Below, in pieces: positions 1 through 10,300 of a stretch of DNA of 64,000 nucleotides; positions within the stretch are counted from its first letter, which is position 1; each line of letters opens with the position of its first letter. Location of the stretch: contig JBJTQJ010000021.1 of assembly GCA_046075565.1 (NCBI GenBank), positions 1-64,000 on the forward strand, in the 5' to 3' direction. The translations under genes and the position numbers were made by a program. This DNA comes from Verrucomicrobiales bacterium (lineage in GTDB: Bacteria > Verrucomicrobiota > Verrucomicrobiia > Verrucomicrobiales > SLCJ01). A model generated the notes under the pieces. The model had not been told where the DNA came from. It did no database searches and saw only the letters and a list, made by a program, of their open reading frames with translations.

Positions 1-3000
1 GCGTGTGCTTGTGGGCGCATTTCCGCTTTGCCAGTTCGAGCCGCTGGACCAATTTCCATTCGTGGTGCGGGTCCAGACATGGTTCACCGTCTTGGCTGAC
101 AGCGAAATCGTCGCCGTGCTGCTGAGGCCGCCGAAGTGTCGCGCGGGCATGCCATTGGCGAGTTCGCTGATTTCGGTCGCATTGAGCGCGGCGTTGAAAA
201 CAGCGCAGTCGTCGATCTGTCCATCGAACCACCGCGAAACACTCGTGGTCTTGCTCGCGTGCCCGCCAAAAACCACCGGCTTTGTCAGATAGAGATCGAG
301 CGTGAAAGCGGAGTCACTGCCCGCAAGTGCGCCATCGATATACAAGGAGATCTTTGTGCCGCTGCGCACCACGGCGAAGTGATACCATGTGCCCGAGAGG
401 ATATTGGTCTCCTCGATGTTCACATCGTAAACACCTGCAGAGTCGCTGAAGTGCTGCAAACGCACCGTATTTCCTCCAGCGGGGCAGTTCAAATAAAGCT
501 CGTCCTGATCACCAAAACCATCGCCATTGCCGACGTGCCAGACCATATCGTCATTCGTCGTATCGCGGCGTTTGAACCAGCCGCTCACGGTCCAGTTGCC
601 CGTATTCCAATTCAATTCCGTGCTCGACAGGGTGCGCTGCATACGCGCGGCGGTAGAGGTATTTTCCACTAACTCGAGCGAACGCCTTCCCTGCCCGCCG
701 AGCTCCGCAGGTCTGTCAGTGAGGTAATTGGAGCTGCCCGCGCCAGCGAGATCGATCATGCCTTCCCGGGCATTGTTCGAGCTATCGGGGACAATGTCGT
801 CCGATGAGCCGCCAGGCAGATCGAAATCCCAAATGAGCATCGATCGTGGATCAACGCCATCATCGGTCACAGTGAACGCAAAGCTCGGCACACCGGTGTA
901 GCCTGGCGTCGGCGTGAAACGCGCCGTGTATCCATTGTCGAGCAGGGTCACCGTTCCATTGACCGCGGCTCCGAGCGTGAAAAGCATCTGCGAAGTCGTG
1001 GTGCTGTCATCGCTCAAGAAATTACGCAGGTCCAGATTCACCGCGTTCTCGCCATTGCTTAAACCAAAACCGTTGATCGCGACGGGCGCGTCATTCGAGC
1101 CCGCAGTGTTCCAAGTATTCAGCGCAGTCACGGTCGGCAGCGTGGTTGGAATGGGATCACCCGATTGCAACGGCACGAACCACACGGCGAGCGTCGTGTT
1201 CGTGACGTTCGTGAGGTTGATCGCGAGTTTCTTGTAGCCGGTGTTCGCGTTCTGCTGGGGCGTGGTCACTGGATTCGGCGACGTGGCCAGTGGCACGGCG
1301 TTACGGATCTGGAAAGTGCCGCCGCCGCTGAGGATTTTGCACCAGAGCCGCTCCGCACCCTGCGTCATCATCGCGGTCGTGCCGTCCGGACCAATCGTCA
1401 CCGTCGTGGTCGGGTGCGTGTAATGGGCAAACCACCAAACCGTTTTTCCGCTCCCCGCCTGAATCTCATCCTGCACCAGCAACTGATTGCGCGCGCCCAT
1501 CAACCGCGTGCCGCGCCAGACTCTGTTCATGCCGCTATAGGCCGGCGTGAGGTCGTGGATCGCGAATGAGTCCGTGCCGCCTGGCTCCGACTGATACGCG
1601 AGCAGCGGCGCAACTGAGCCGATATTCATGCCTGGATTGGCATCAGGATTGATCGTCAGGGTGTTCTGGCCCTCCGGCCTGTTGCGATAGTAATCCCAAC
1701 GGTTCCTCACCGTGCTGCTCGGAATCGTATTGAAGTAGCCGGGCAAGCTGTAGCTATCACGGCCAAGATCATGGAACCAGCGCTTGCCAAGGGCATCGAG
1801 GACAAAAGTCCCGACATCGAGGTTGCCATGGGAAATACCCACCTCTCCCGCTTTGACTCCGACAAAGGTGGCGCGTGAATCATTCCATTTCCCGCGCATC
1901 GCTACCAATTCCTGTGCCTCGAAGTCGGTGCCTTCCTCGCCATGGAAGGCCATGTCTGGCGTGGTGCTCGCGGGCGCGATGGCGCTGTCATTCCACCAGA
2001 GCGCCTCGAGCGCGCCGCCGCCGCCTCGATTGCTCCACCAATCAAACACGGGCTGACCGTAGCGGCGAGCCAGCCATTGAAACACCGGCCCGCGTGTGGC
2101 CCCGAAGGCACCGGTATCCCCGTAGTTGAAGACGATGTTCGACGTGCCGATCGCATGGATCGGCGCAAAGCCGGACTCGGAGAGGTTTTGCGTCGCGCCG
2201 ATACCGAAATCACTGCCGAGCACACCCTCCAGCGCCGCGAGCATCCGGATGCCATATTCCGTCGTGTAGCCCCAATAGCCTTGGCCTTCATACCACTCGC
2301 CATTGTCGGCTGTGAAGTGTGCCCAGCATGGGCGCGAGGAGTTGATCGCGCGATTCAGGATGTTTTCCACCAACGCCTCACTTTCCGTGCCCACCGCCAG
2401 CGCGCCCATCACCAGACCGCCATTGCAGACGAAATTCCAGTTGTTCGCCTCAGGTCGTGTCCACTTTTCTTGGTTGGTGTATTCCGCAAGACCGGGATTC
2501 AGACCTTTATTGATGATCGCTGTACGGATCGTATTCCGCCGCGTCGTGCTCCAGTAGTTGTAAAACCAGTCGTAACCAATGGCGCAAGCGTGCGTCATCT
2601 CCGCGACATCGAGGAAGTGGTCCGGGTTCCAGTCCGGGAAAAGCGTGTTGTCCGCGACAGTGCTCAGTTCCTCCCAGGCCCGCTCGGCATAGTCGGCATC
2701 TCCCGTCATCCACCATGCCAGACCCAGTTGATACATCCGCTCCTTCACCTTTTGTGATTTGCCAAGAATGGTGCCCCTGTCATCCGCAGCACTCGTGACG
2801 GGATTTTCCGTAAGAACAGCGTTCGCCGAGTTGATCACACTCGTCGCCCAAGTTTTCATTTGAGAGCTGGAGGAACTCGTGTAGGCGGCCTTCAGCCTGG
2901 CGAATCGCTCCGGCGTGGCAAACAGACGTGGTCGATCCAGCGCCATTGTGTTGAGCAGATTCGCCTCGGTTGGTTGCGCATTCGTCGTTCTTGGCTGAAC

Positions 3001-3975
3001 CAGTGCCGAGCCGGGAATCACCGAAAACGCCGAGTCTCCCGGCTTTTTCCAACCGACGCTCCAATGGTCCGTGCCCGTATTCTCCTTGTGCAGCAATTCC
3101 ACAAAATACCGCTCACCCTTCGTCAGCATGCGCGCACTCGACGGCGTGCCCCATGCGCGAAAGCCCGTAGCCGCACCCACGCTCGCCGCCAGCGATTTGT
3201 TCGCACTGGTCGCGTCCGTGCTCACATAAAGCTCCACCACATTATCCCCACTCACCGCGAAGGTGTAACTCCCCGTTTCCGGAGGCACGATGAAACCCGT
3301 CACCCGCGTGCCATAAGAATCCGCCCAATTCTGCGCCAGACACTCGAACGAGGTGATGAACTCACGACCGCTCGGATTATTCGGATAGTCCGTATTCGAC
3401 GTGAGCGAGGAGATCGCTCCGCCCGTGATACCAGTCCAATGTTCCTTCAATAACGAACCGCCCACCTTGGCCACGCGAGTCGGATAAAGCCGCTCCATTG
3501 GCACCACCTCCCGCGCCCGCGACGCACACGACCATTCCAGCCTCACCGAAGCGTTTCCCGTTTGCTCGATGTATTCCAGCCGGATATTCACGCGTTTACC
3601 CGCCACCAGCGTCACCTGCCCGCGCATTTCCGCCGGCGTAGCAAAAAATGTGCGGCTCGCGATCAACTGGTCATTCACCCAAAGCTGCGCACCGTCATCC
3701 GCCGTGACATAGAACGTATAAAGCCCCGAAAACTCCGGCTCCACCTGCCCCGACCACGCCACGGAAAACGTGTCTGGATTCGTAATTGCCGTGCCTGCCG
3801 GAATGCCCGTGCCGAAATTGAAACTCACCGAGGCATCCGTCCGCGTCGACATCAGCGAGGTAAACGTGGCCGTGTCGTAGTACTGGCCCGTGAGGCCCGT
3901 GCCCGACTGGGCCAAAGCCACCGCAGGAAGCATCAGAAGGACCAAGGCGATCGGCGCAAGGTGGAGACCGAGCAT
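1..3975 (-). CDS. Large secreted multidomain protein (3' end outside window): signal peptide, 2x PA14, heparinase II/III-like lyase module, Ig/cadherin-like repeat, LamG
   Basis: Hand translation from ATG at 3975: MLGLHLAPIALVLLMLPAVALAQSGTGLTGQYY...FSVAWSGQVEPEFSGLYTFYVTADDG (PA14); second PA14 (YGTRVTGFIVPPETGSYTF); NNWNFVCNGG, WYEGQGYW, HGNLDVGTFVLDALGKRW (heparinase II/III-like); NDAPVA; WYHFAVVR...FDGQIDD (LamG). The frame stays open to base 1, which explains its absence from the ORF track. Confidence 0.85.
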   Translation of the reverse strand, partial: MLGLHLAPIALVLLMLPAVALAQSGTGLTGQYYDTATFTSLMSTRTDASVSFNFGTGIPAGTAITNPDTFSVAWSGQVEPEFSGLYTFYVTADDGAQLWVNDQLIASRTFFATPAEMRGQVTLVAGKRVNIRLEYIEQTGNASVRLEWSCASRAREVVPMERLYPTRVAKVGGSLLKEHWTGITGGAISSLTSNTDYPNNPSGREFITSFECLAQNWADSYGTRVTGFIVPPETGSYTFAVSGDNVVELYVSTDATSANKSLAASVGAATGFRAWGTPSSARMLTKGERYFVELLHKENTGTDHWSVGWKKPGDSAFSVIPGSALVQPRTTNAQPTEANLLNTMALDRPRLFATPERFARLKAAYTSSSSSQMKTWATSVINSANAVLTENPVTSAADDRGTILGKSQKVKERMYQLGLAWWMTGDADYAERAWEELSTVADNTLFPDWNPDHFLDVAEMTHACAIGYDWFYNYWSTTRRNTIRTAIINKGLNPGLAEYTNQEKWTRPEANNWNFVCNGGLVMGALAVGTESEALVENILNRAINSSRPCWAHFTADNGEWYEGQGYWGYTTEYGIRMLAALEGVLGSDFGIGATQNLSESGFAPIHAIGTSNIVFNYGDTGAFGATRGPVFQWLARRYGQPVFDWWSNRGGGGALEALWWNDSAIAPASTTPDMAFHGEEGTDFEAQELVAMRGKWNDSRATFVGVKAGEVGISHGNLDVGTFVLDALGKRWFHDLGRDSYSLPGYFNTIPSSTVRNRWDYYRNRPEGQNTLTINPDANPGMNIGSVAPLLAYQSEPGGTDSFAIHDLTPAYSGMNRVWRGTRLMGARNQLLVQDEIQAGSGKTVWWFAHYTHPTTTVTIGPDGTTAMMTQGAERLWCKILSGGGTFQIRNAVPLATSPNPVTTPQQNANTGYKKLAINLTNVTNTTLAVWFVPLQSGDPIPTTLPTVTALNTWNTAGSNDAPVAINGFGLSNGENAVNLDLRNFLSDDSTTTSQMLFTLGAAVNGTVTLLDNGYTARFTPTPGYTGVPSFAFTVTDDGVDPRSMLIWDFDLPGGSSDDIVPDSSNNAREGMIDLAGAGSSNYLTDRPAELGGQGRRSLELVENTSTAARMQRTLSSTELNWNTGNWTVSGWFKRRDTTNDDMVWHVGNGDGFGDQDELYLNCPAGGNTVRLQHFSDSAGVYDVNIEETNILSGTWYHFAVVRSGTKISLYIDGALAGSDSAFTLDLYLTKPVVFGGHASKTTSVSRWFDGQIDDCAVFNAALNATEISELANGMPARHFGGLSSTATISLSAKTVNHVWTRTTNGNWSSGSNWQSGNAPTSTR

Positions 3976-4330
3976 AAAGAGCAGCGAATATATCAAAAAG
4001 CGGCCGAAGAGGAAAGCGGATTTTATACCCTAAAATACGGGGTCTGAAGGGTGGCGGCAGATTTAGAAGATGGGGCTGATCCAGGAATCAGGCAGCAGGG
4101 GGTAGGAGTCAGAGGCTGCGGAAGAGAGGAGGTGAGATGCCGACGAGGACCCGGCCTTCGCCGGAGGCTTCGGCGGGCAGGCTGTCGGCGGTTACAGCGA
4201 GGAAGCTGGAGAGCCTGCTCCCGGCAAGCGTGCAAATCTGCCGGTCTCCGGATTTCGTGGCGATGCGATATTTTTCTTCCCACCGCCCGCGTCTGGGTCT
4301 AGAATCGGCCTCCACTTCCAAATTCTTTCC

Positions 4331-5389
4331 ATGGACATCCTTGGCTTCATCAAAGGCGAACTTCTCGAAATCATCGAATTCCTCGACGACTCCCGCGACA
4401 CGCTTGCGTGGCGGTTTCCCGACGAGGACAAGGCCATCAAACGCGGAGCGCAGCTCATCGTGCGCGAGAGCCAGGTCGCGCAGTTCGTTTACCTCGGCCA
4501 GTATGGTGATGCTTTCGGTCCCGGCAAACACAGCCTGGTGACCGACAACATCCCCGTCCTCAGCCGCATCAAGGGCTGGAAATACGGTTTCGAGAGCCCG
4601 TTCAAGGCGGATGTCTATTTCGTCACCACACGGCTGTTCACCGGCAACAAGTGGGGCACGGCCAATCCGATCATGATGCGCGATCAGGATTTCGGGGTCG
4701 TGCGCTTGCGCGCTTTCGGAACCTTCGACTTCAAGATCGTGGATGTGCCGGTGTTCCTGCGCGAGGTCGCGGGTACGGATCATCATTTCCGGCTCGATGA
4801 ATTCGCCGACACCATGCGGTCGCGTATTGTGAGTGTCTTCAGCGACGCGCTCGCTTCGGCGGGTGTGCCCGCCCTCGATGTGGCATCGCGTTACACAGAA
4901 CTCGGCGACGCGCTCCTGCCGCTCATCAACCCGCAGGTGACCGCGAAATACGGCATCGAAATCGCGAGTTTCATCGTCGAGAACGTGTCGGTCCCGCCGG
5001 AAGTCGAGCAGGCCATCGACAAACGCTCGAGCATGTCGGCGATCGGAAATCTGAACGACTACGTGAAATTCCAGATGGCCGAGAGCATGACCAAAGGCGG
5101 CGAGGGCGGTTCCACAGCGGCCATCCCCGCGCAGATGGCCATGGGATTCGGAATGGCTCAGGAAATGATGAAGTCCATGCAGCAGCCACAGGGCGGAGCT
5201 CCCGCCCAAGCGGCGCCTGCCGCAGGCGCGCTGCCGGAACTCCTTTCCCCGGCCGACTGCGCGCAAGCGCTCGGGGTGACCGAAGCGGATATCATCGCAT
5301 CACTCGAGGCCGGTGATTTGAAAGGCAAGAAGATCGGCTCGGCCTGGCGCATCACCCGCGCCAACCTCGACGCCTTCCTCTCGCACTGA
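4331..5389 (+). CDS. SPFH/band-7 (YdjI-like) protein with C-terminal excisionase-type HTH
   Basis: GAQLIVRESQVAQF, FGPGKHSL, KWGTANPIMMRD fit YdjI-like SPFH; C-terminal LLSPADCAQALGV...GDLKGKKIGSAWRI fits HTH_17. Confidence 0.85.
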   Translation: MDILGFIKGELLEIIEFLDDSRDTLAWRFPDEDKAIKRGAQLIVRESQVAQFVYLGQYGDAFGPGKHSLVTDNIPVLSRIKGWKYGFESPFKADVYFVTTRLFTGNKWGTANPIMMRDQDFGVVRLRAFGTFDFKIVDVPVFLREVAGTDHHFRLDEFADTMRSRIVSVFSDALASAGVPALDVASRYTELGDALLPLINPQVTAKYGIEIASFIVENVSVPPEVEQAIDKRSSMSAIGNLNDYVKFQMAESMTKGGEGGSTAAIPAQMAMGFGMAQEMMKSMQQPQGGAPAQAAPAAGALPELLSPADCAQALGVTEADIIASLEAGDLKGKKIGSAWRITRANLDAFLSH

Positions 5390-5420
5390 CCCCGCATCAA
5401 CAGGGCCCTCGCCTCATCCC

Positions 5421-6527
5421 ATGGCCGAAGTCAGCGCCCTGCGCAAACATCCCTGCCCGGAATGTGGCGGGGATGCGGAATGGAATCCTGCCAAGGCCGC
5501 CCTCGCGTGCCCGTATTGCGGGACCATTCTTCCGTGGTCGGAGGGCGAGACACCATTCGGAGCCTCCATCGTCGAACACAGTCTGGAAAAGGTGCTCGCG
5601 GAAACCAGCGAGGAAAAGCGCGGCATGGGCGTGGAAACAACCACGGTGCGTTGCGAGAGTTGCCAAGCCATCAGCATCTTCGACAAAGATCGCGCGGCCC
5701 AGCGCTGTGATTTCTGCGGCTCGCCCTCCATCGTGCCGCAGGACAGCCTGCCCGACGCGATCACACCGGAGAGTCTTCTGCCGGTGGCCATCCCGGCGAC
5801 GAATGTTCGCGACATGCTGCGGAAGTGGTATGGCAGCCGATGGTTCGCGCCGAACAAATTGAAGAAGGCCGCGCTTACCGATACTCTACATGGTATTTAT
5901 TTGCCGTATTGGACATTCGACAGTCATGTCCACGCCGATTGGACGGCGGAATCAGGTTACCATTATTACGAGACCGAGACCTACCGCGACTCCCAGGGAA
6001 AAACCCAAACCCGCCAGGTGAGGAAGACCCGTTGGCGGCCAAGCTCGGGCGACCTTGAACATTTCTTCGACGACGAACTGGTGGCCGGCACGCGCGGGGT
6101 TCATCTCGGCCTTCTGCGCAAGGTCGAGCCGTTTCCCACCCGCGAGGATCTCAAACCCTACGACCCCGCTTACGTCCGCGGATGGACGGTTGAGCGTTAC
6201 CAAGTGGACCTGCGGCAAGCAGCGGAGATGAACATGGCGGATATGGAAGCCGAGGTCGAACGCATGTGCGCCCGCGAGGTGCCCGGCGACACCCATCGCA
6301 ACCTGCAGGTCGATGCCCGTTATGGCGGCCGCACCTTCAAACACATCCTCGTGCCCGTCTGGCTCGCCACCTACAACTATGGGAAAAAGTCCTTCCAAGT
6401 GGTCGTCAATGGCTATACCGGCACGATGGCGGGAGAACACCCGCTGAGCTGGATCAAAATCACCCTCGCCGTCTTGGCGGTCATCATTGTCGTCGCCATC
6501 ATACTTAGCCTCGGGAGCGGCAGGTAG
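5421..6527 (+). CDS. Zinc-ribbon membrane-anchored protein (YdjG-like)
   Basis: Four CxxC motifs (CPEC, CPYC, CESC, CDFC), YLPYWTF, VNGYTG and a C-terminal TM helix; 31 bp downstream of the SPFH gene. Confidence 0.75.
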   Translation: MAEVSALRKHPCPECGGDAEWNPAKAALACPYCGTILPWSEGETPFGASIVEHSLEKVLAETSEEKRGMGVETTTVRCESCQAISIFDKDRAAQRCDFCGSPSIVPQDSLPDAITPESLLPVAIPATNVRDMLRKWYGSRWFAPNKLKKAALTDTLHGIYLPYWTFDSHVHADWTAESGYHYYETETYRDSQGKTQTRQVRKTRWRPSSGDLEHFFDDELVAGTRGVHLGLLRKVEPFPTREDLKPYDPAYVRGWTVERYQVDLRQAAEMNMADMEAEVERMCAREVPGDTHRNLQVDARYGGRTFKHILVPVWLATYNYGKKSFQVVVNGYTGTMAGEHPLSWIKITLAVLAVIIVVAIILSLGSGR

Positions 6528-6652
6528 CAGACCATCCCGCGTCACCCAGAGAAGCCGTATGCCGCGCCCCGGCCAAGCCATCGGATGCAAGCCCCAATCA
6601 ACATCACTAAAGCCCAGGGGAGGACCATCCCCGCGGATGAAGCATCACTGGC

Positions 6653-7438
6653 TTACTTGCTGGCTTCCAGGATCCAGATATTGCGGAAGCGTACATCCTG
6701 ACCGTGTTCCTGCAGCTTGAGGCCTTCCGGACTGGGGCTGACTTTCTCGCCACCGTTCGCCTTGCTGATGGCCGCGTTGTCGTGGACTTTGATCCCGTTC
6801 CACCAGACGGTGGCGCGGGCGAGTTCGATCACCTTATCGCCATTCCATTTGGGGGCGGTAAACTTGAAATGGAAAGCCTGCCATTTGCCGTTCGGACGCC
6901 ACGCGTTCACATCCGGCACCCGATCCATACAGAAGGCACCAATGCCGTGGGGCCCGATCTTCCAGGCATAGGGATTCTCTACATCCTTGCCCTTGGGGGA
7001 CTCGATTTGGATTTCATAGCGGTTTTGCATATAGACCCCGCTGTTGGCATAGCCCTCGGCGCTATCGTCGCCCCGGGCACCCATCATCACGAATTCGACA
7101 TGTCCTTCGTAGTCGGTGTATTTCTTTTTCGTAACGAGGTCGTGGGTGCCCCACTTCTGGCCGCCATCGGTCATGAGGACTTTTCCCTCTCCAGTCGGGC
7201 TATCGACGATTTTCCAAGTGATGGGCATGTCCGCCTGCGGCCACATTTGCCAATTCTTCTCGATGGAGGCCATGGTGCCATCGAAGGGCACGTCCGCGCC
7301 CTCCGGTGCCTTGGCCCCGAGGTCTTTGGTTTTGTCGTAACCGGGTTTGTCTTCCGGTTGGATGGCTTCACCGGCTTGGGCTGGCAGGACGACGGCGAGG
7401 GTGGCAAACACGATATGGAGTGGGCGAATGGTCTTCAT
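6653..7438 (-). CDS. DUF1080 / 3-keto-glycoside hydrolase family secreted protein
   Basis: Signal peptide; NSGVYMQNRYEIQI and LQEHGQDVRFRNIWI motifs. Confidence 0.85.
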   Translation of the reverse strand: MKTIRPLHIVFATLAVVLPAQAGEAIQPEDKPGYDKTKDLGAKAPEGADVPFDGTMASIEKNWQMWPQADMPITWKIVDSPTGEGKVLMTDGGQKWGTHDLVTKKKYTDYEGHVEFVMMGARGDDSAEGYANSGVYMQNRYEIQIESPKGKDVENPYAWKIGPHGIGAFCMDRVPDVNAWRPNGKWQAFHFKFTAPKWNGDKVIELARATVWWNGIKVHDNAAISKANGGEKVSPSPEGLKLQEHGQDVRFRNIWILEASK

Positions 7439-7442
7439 GATT

Positions 7443-8753
7443 TTATTTTAGCACGTTCAGGATGCGTGGCAACCACAGGGAAAGCGCCGGCCAGGCCGTG
7501 ATGAGGATCAGGCCGAGAACCATCGCGCCGTAGAATGGCAGCATGGCCCGGGAAACCCGTGCGATGTTGGATTGCCCCACGCTGCAACCAAGGAAAAGAC
7601 AGGTGCCCACCGGCGGTGTGCAGAGTCCGATGCAAAGATTGGCGATCATGATGATGCCGAAATGCACGGGGTCGAGGCCGATGCCCAGGGCCACCGGCAG
7701 GAAGATGGGGGTGAAAACGAGCACGGCGGGGGTCATGTCCATGAAAAAGCCGACCACGAGCAGGATCACGTTGATGGTGAGGAGAACCATGAGGGGATTC
7801 GCGGAAGCGCCCAACAAGGCCTCGCTTACCAATTGGGGCACCTGCTCTTCGGTGAACAGGACGCTCATCGTTTGGCTTACCGCCACCAGCAGCATGACGA
7901 TGCCCGTGGTGCGCGCCGAATCGATCATGAGTCGCGGCAGGGATTTGATCGGCACCTCGCGATAGACGACCACGGCGAGCAGGAAGGCCCAGAGCACGGC
8001 CACTACCGAGGCTTCGGTGGGCGTGAACCATCCGCACAGAATACCGCCGAGCACGAAGATCACCAGGAGCAAGCTGGGCAGAGCCCTCCAGGTGCAAACG
8101 AGGGTGTTGGTTCGGGTTCCCGTCTCCGCTGGACCCGCTTCGGCACCGTAGCCCTTTCGGCGGCTGATCAAAACTCCGACCGCCATGATCAACAGCCCGA
8201 TCACGATGCCCGGCAGGACTCCCGCGAGAAACAAGGCGCTGATCGAGATGTTCGAAGCCACCACGGCATACACGATCATCACATTGCTCGGCGGAATGAG
8301 CAATCCGGTGGTAGCGGCGGTGGCGGTGACCGCGATGTTGAAGTCCTTGTCATAACCATTGCGGTTCATCTCGGGAATGAGGGTTCCTCCAACCGACGAC
8401 ACCGCAGCCGCCGCCGAACCGGAAATGGAGCCAAAGAGCATGCAAGTGAGGGTATTGACCATGGCGAGTCCGCCTTTGAATCGGCCGAGGAAGACCGCCG
8501 CGAAGTCGATCAACCGCCGTGCCAGACCACCCGCGCCCATGAGGTCGCCGGCGAGGATAAAAAATGGAATGGCCAGCAGCGCGAAGTTGTCCACGCCGTT
8601 GCTCATCTCGCGGGCGGAGGAAAGCAGGACGTCGTCGTAGCCCAGCGACCACGCGGCGGCCACGGTGGAGATACCGATGACAAACGCGACGGGCGTGTTG
8701 AGCAGCATCAGCGCGGTGAACAGCACCAGCAGCACGGCAAGGCCCACGGTCAT
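7443..8753 (-). CDS. dctM: TRAP transporter large permease
   Basis: LLAIPFFILAGDLM, FGSISGSAAA, LIPPS, HFGIIM, TPPVG motifs; polytopic. Confidence 0.95.
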   Translation of the reverse strand: MTVGLAVLLVLFTALMLLNTPVAFVIGISTVAAAWSLGYDDVLLSSAREMSNGVDNFALLAIPFFILAGDLMGAGGLARRLIDFAAVFLGRFKGGLAMVNTLTCMLFGSISGSAAAAVSSVGGTLIPEMNRNGYDKDFNIAVTATAATTGLLIPPSNVMIVYAVVASNISISALFLAGVLPGIVIGLLIMAVGVLISRRKGYGAEAGPAETGTRTNTLVCTWRALPSLLLVIFVLGGILCGWFTPTEASVVAVLWAFLLAVVVYREVPIKSLPRLMIDSARTTGIVMLLVAVSQTMSVLFTEEQVPQLVSEALLGASANPLMVLLTINVILLVVGFFMDMTPAVLVFTPIFLPVALGIGLDPVHFGIIMIANLCIGLCTPPVGTCLFLGCSVGQSNIARVSRAMLPFYGAMVLGLILITAWPALSLWLPRILNVLK

Positions 8754-9271
8754 GGCGCCACCTCCTGTTCTTGATCGTCACGAATACCCCCATCTTCCTT
8801 CCTCGCGAGCAGTGCGATGACATTGCCCAGCGCGAAGAGCGCGATCAAATATCCGCTGATGGGGACGCCCAGATAAAACCATGCCTTGTCAATTTGCAGC
8901 GCGGGCAGCAATTGGCCGGCGTCGAATCGGTCGATCACCAGTTTCGTGCCACCCACACCCATGACAAAAAGGGAAAAGGCAAATACCAACAGGTGCACCA
9001 GCAAACGGGAAAGCTTTCTGGCCTGCGGATGCAAGCGTTCCACGAGCAAGTCCACGCCGAGATGCTTTTCGTCAATATAAGCAATGGCCCCGCCAAGAAA
9101 GGAGACCCAGACCAGAAGGAAACGAGCAAGTTCTTCCGTCCACCGGATTTGGTCACCGAGAATCTTGCGGCTGAAGACACCGAGGAGCACGTCGAGTGTG
9201 AGAATCAGGAATACCACGATGGCGAGCCAGCCGAGCGCCCGGGCGGTGATCTGCTTTGTGTTGGCCCACAT
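8750..9271 (-). CDS. dctQ: TRAP transporter small permease
   Basis: WTEELARFLLVW, HLGVD; four TM segments; 4-bp overlap with dctM. Confidence 0.93.
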   Translation of the reverse strand: MWANTKQITARALGWLAIVVFLILTLDVLLGVFSRKILGDQIRWTEELARFLLVWVSFLGGAIAYIDEKHLGVDLLVERLHPQARKLSRLLVHLLVFAFSLFVMGVGGTKLVIDRFDAGQLLPALQIDKAWFYLGVPISGYLIALFALGNVIALLARKEDGGIRDDQEQEVAP

Positions 9272-9274
9272 GAT

Positions 9275-10300
9275 TCAACGGACGGCTTGGATTTTCTCGA
9301 CCAGCGGCTCGATGGCGCGTTTGGAATGCTTCCCGAGGATGTCCGCCGTCGAGGCCCGGAAGGCTCCGATGTCGGGTTCGATCATATTCACGCCCGCTTC
9401 GCGCAATTGCTTGAGGGAGTTTTCAGTTTCGACTTTCCAGAGTTCCCGTTGGAATGCGCTCGCATGATCCATCGCCTGGTTGAGCCAATCACGTTCCTCG
9501 CCGCTGAGTTTATCCCAGACTTTGCTGCTGATGACGATCACATCGGGAATGCGGGAGTGGTGGTTGAGCGTGTAGTTCTTGCAGATCTCGTAATGACGGC
9601 TCGAGACCAAACTTGGAGGATTGTTTTCCGCGCCATCCACGGTTCCCTGTTTCAGCGCGGTATAGAGCTCACCAAAGGCAATCGGCGTGGGTGAGCCGCC
9701 CATGTCCTGGACCATATCCATGGCGACCGGGTCATTCATCACGCGGATTTTTTTGCCCTTCAGATCAGAAGGCGATCTCACGGGATCAATGGTGTAGAAG
9801 CTGCGGCTGCCGGAATCGAAATATCCCAATCCATGAAGCCCGCTCGGCAATCCGTTCTCGCGCACCGAGAGAAGGTCGAGCATTTCCTTCCCGACGGGTC
9901 CAGCGATGGTTTTCCAGAAGTGATCTTCATCGCGGAAAAGATAAGGAAGGCTGAATACGCTGAAAGCCGGGATAAAGTTCCCGATGGGTGCGGCGCTGAC
10001 CTTGGTGATGTCCAGCGTTCCGGCTTGGACTTTTTCGAGGCATTGATCCTCCGTGCCGAGTTGACCGCTGGGAAAAAGCTCGAGTTTCATCCGGCCGCCC
10101 GAAAGTTCCTCCGCCCGTTTTTTGAATTCAAGCAGACCGAGGTGGACGGGGTGGCTGGTCGGCAGCGAATGGGCGACTTTCAGTATCCTCACACCACTCG
10201 CCTTTTCATTCTTCGAGGCACCCAACCAGGCGAACCAACCACCTGCGACGAGGACTCCGGTTAGCAGACCAAGGATGAAGAAAGAGGGGACTTTGCTCAC
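9275..10300 (-). CDS. dctP: TRAP transporter substrate-binding protein
   Basis: LFPSGQLG, DLKGKKIRV, ELYTALKQGTVDGAENN. The GTG start at 10300 is my choice; the ORF track extends to 10366. Confidence 0.92.
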   Translation of the reverse strand: MSKVPSFFILGLLTGVLVAGGWFAWLGASKNEKASGVRILKVAHSLPTSHPVHLGLLEFKKRAEELSGGRMKLELFPSGQLGTEDQCLEKVQAGTLDITKVSAAPIGNFIPAFSVFSLPYLFRDEDHFWKTIAGPVGKEMLDLLSVRENGLPSGLHGLGYFDSGSRSFYTIDPVRSPSDLKGKKIRVMNDPVAMDMVQDMGGSPTPIAFGELYTALKQGTVDGAENNPPSLVSSRHYEICKNYTLNHHSRIPDVIVISSKVWDKLSGEERDWLNQAMDHASAFQRELWKVETENSLKQLREAGVNMIEPDIGAFRASTADILGKHSKRAIEPLVEKIQAVR

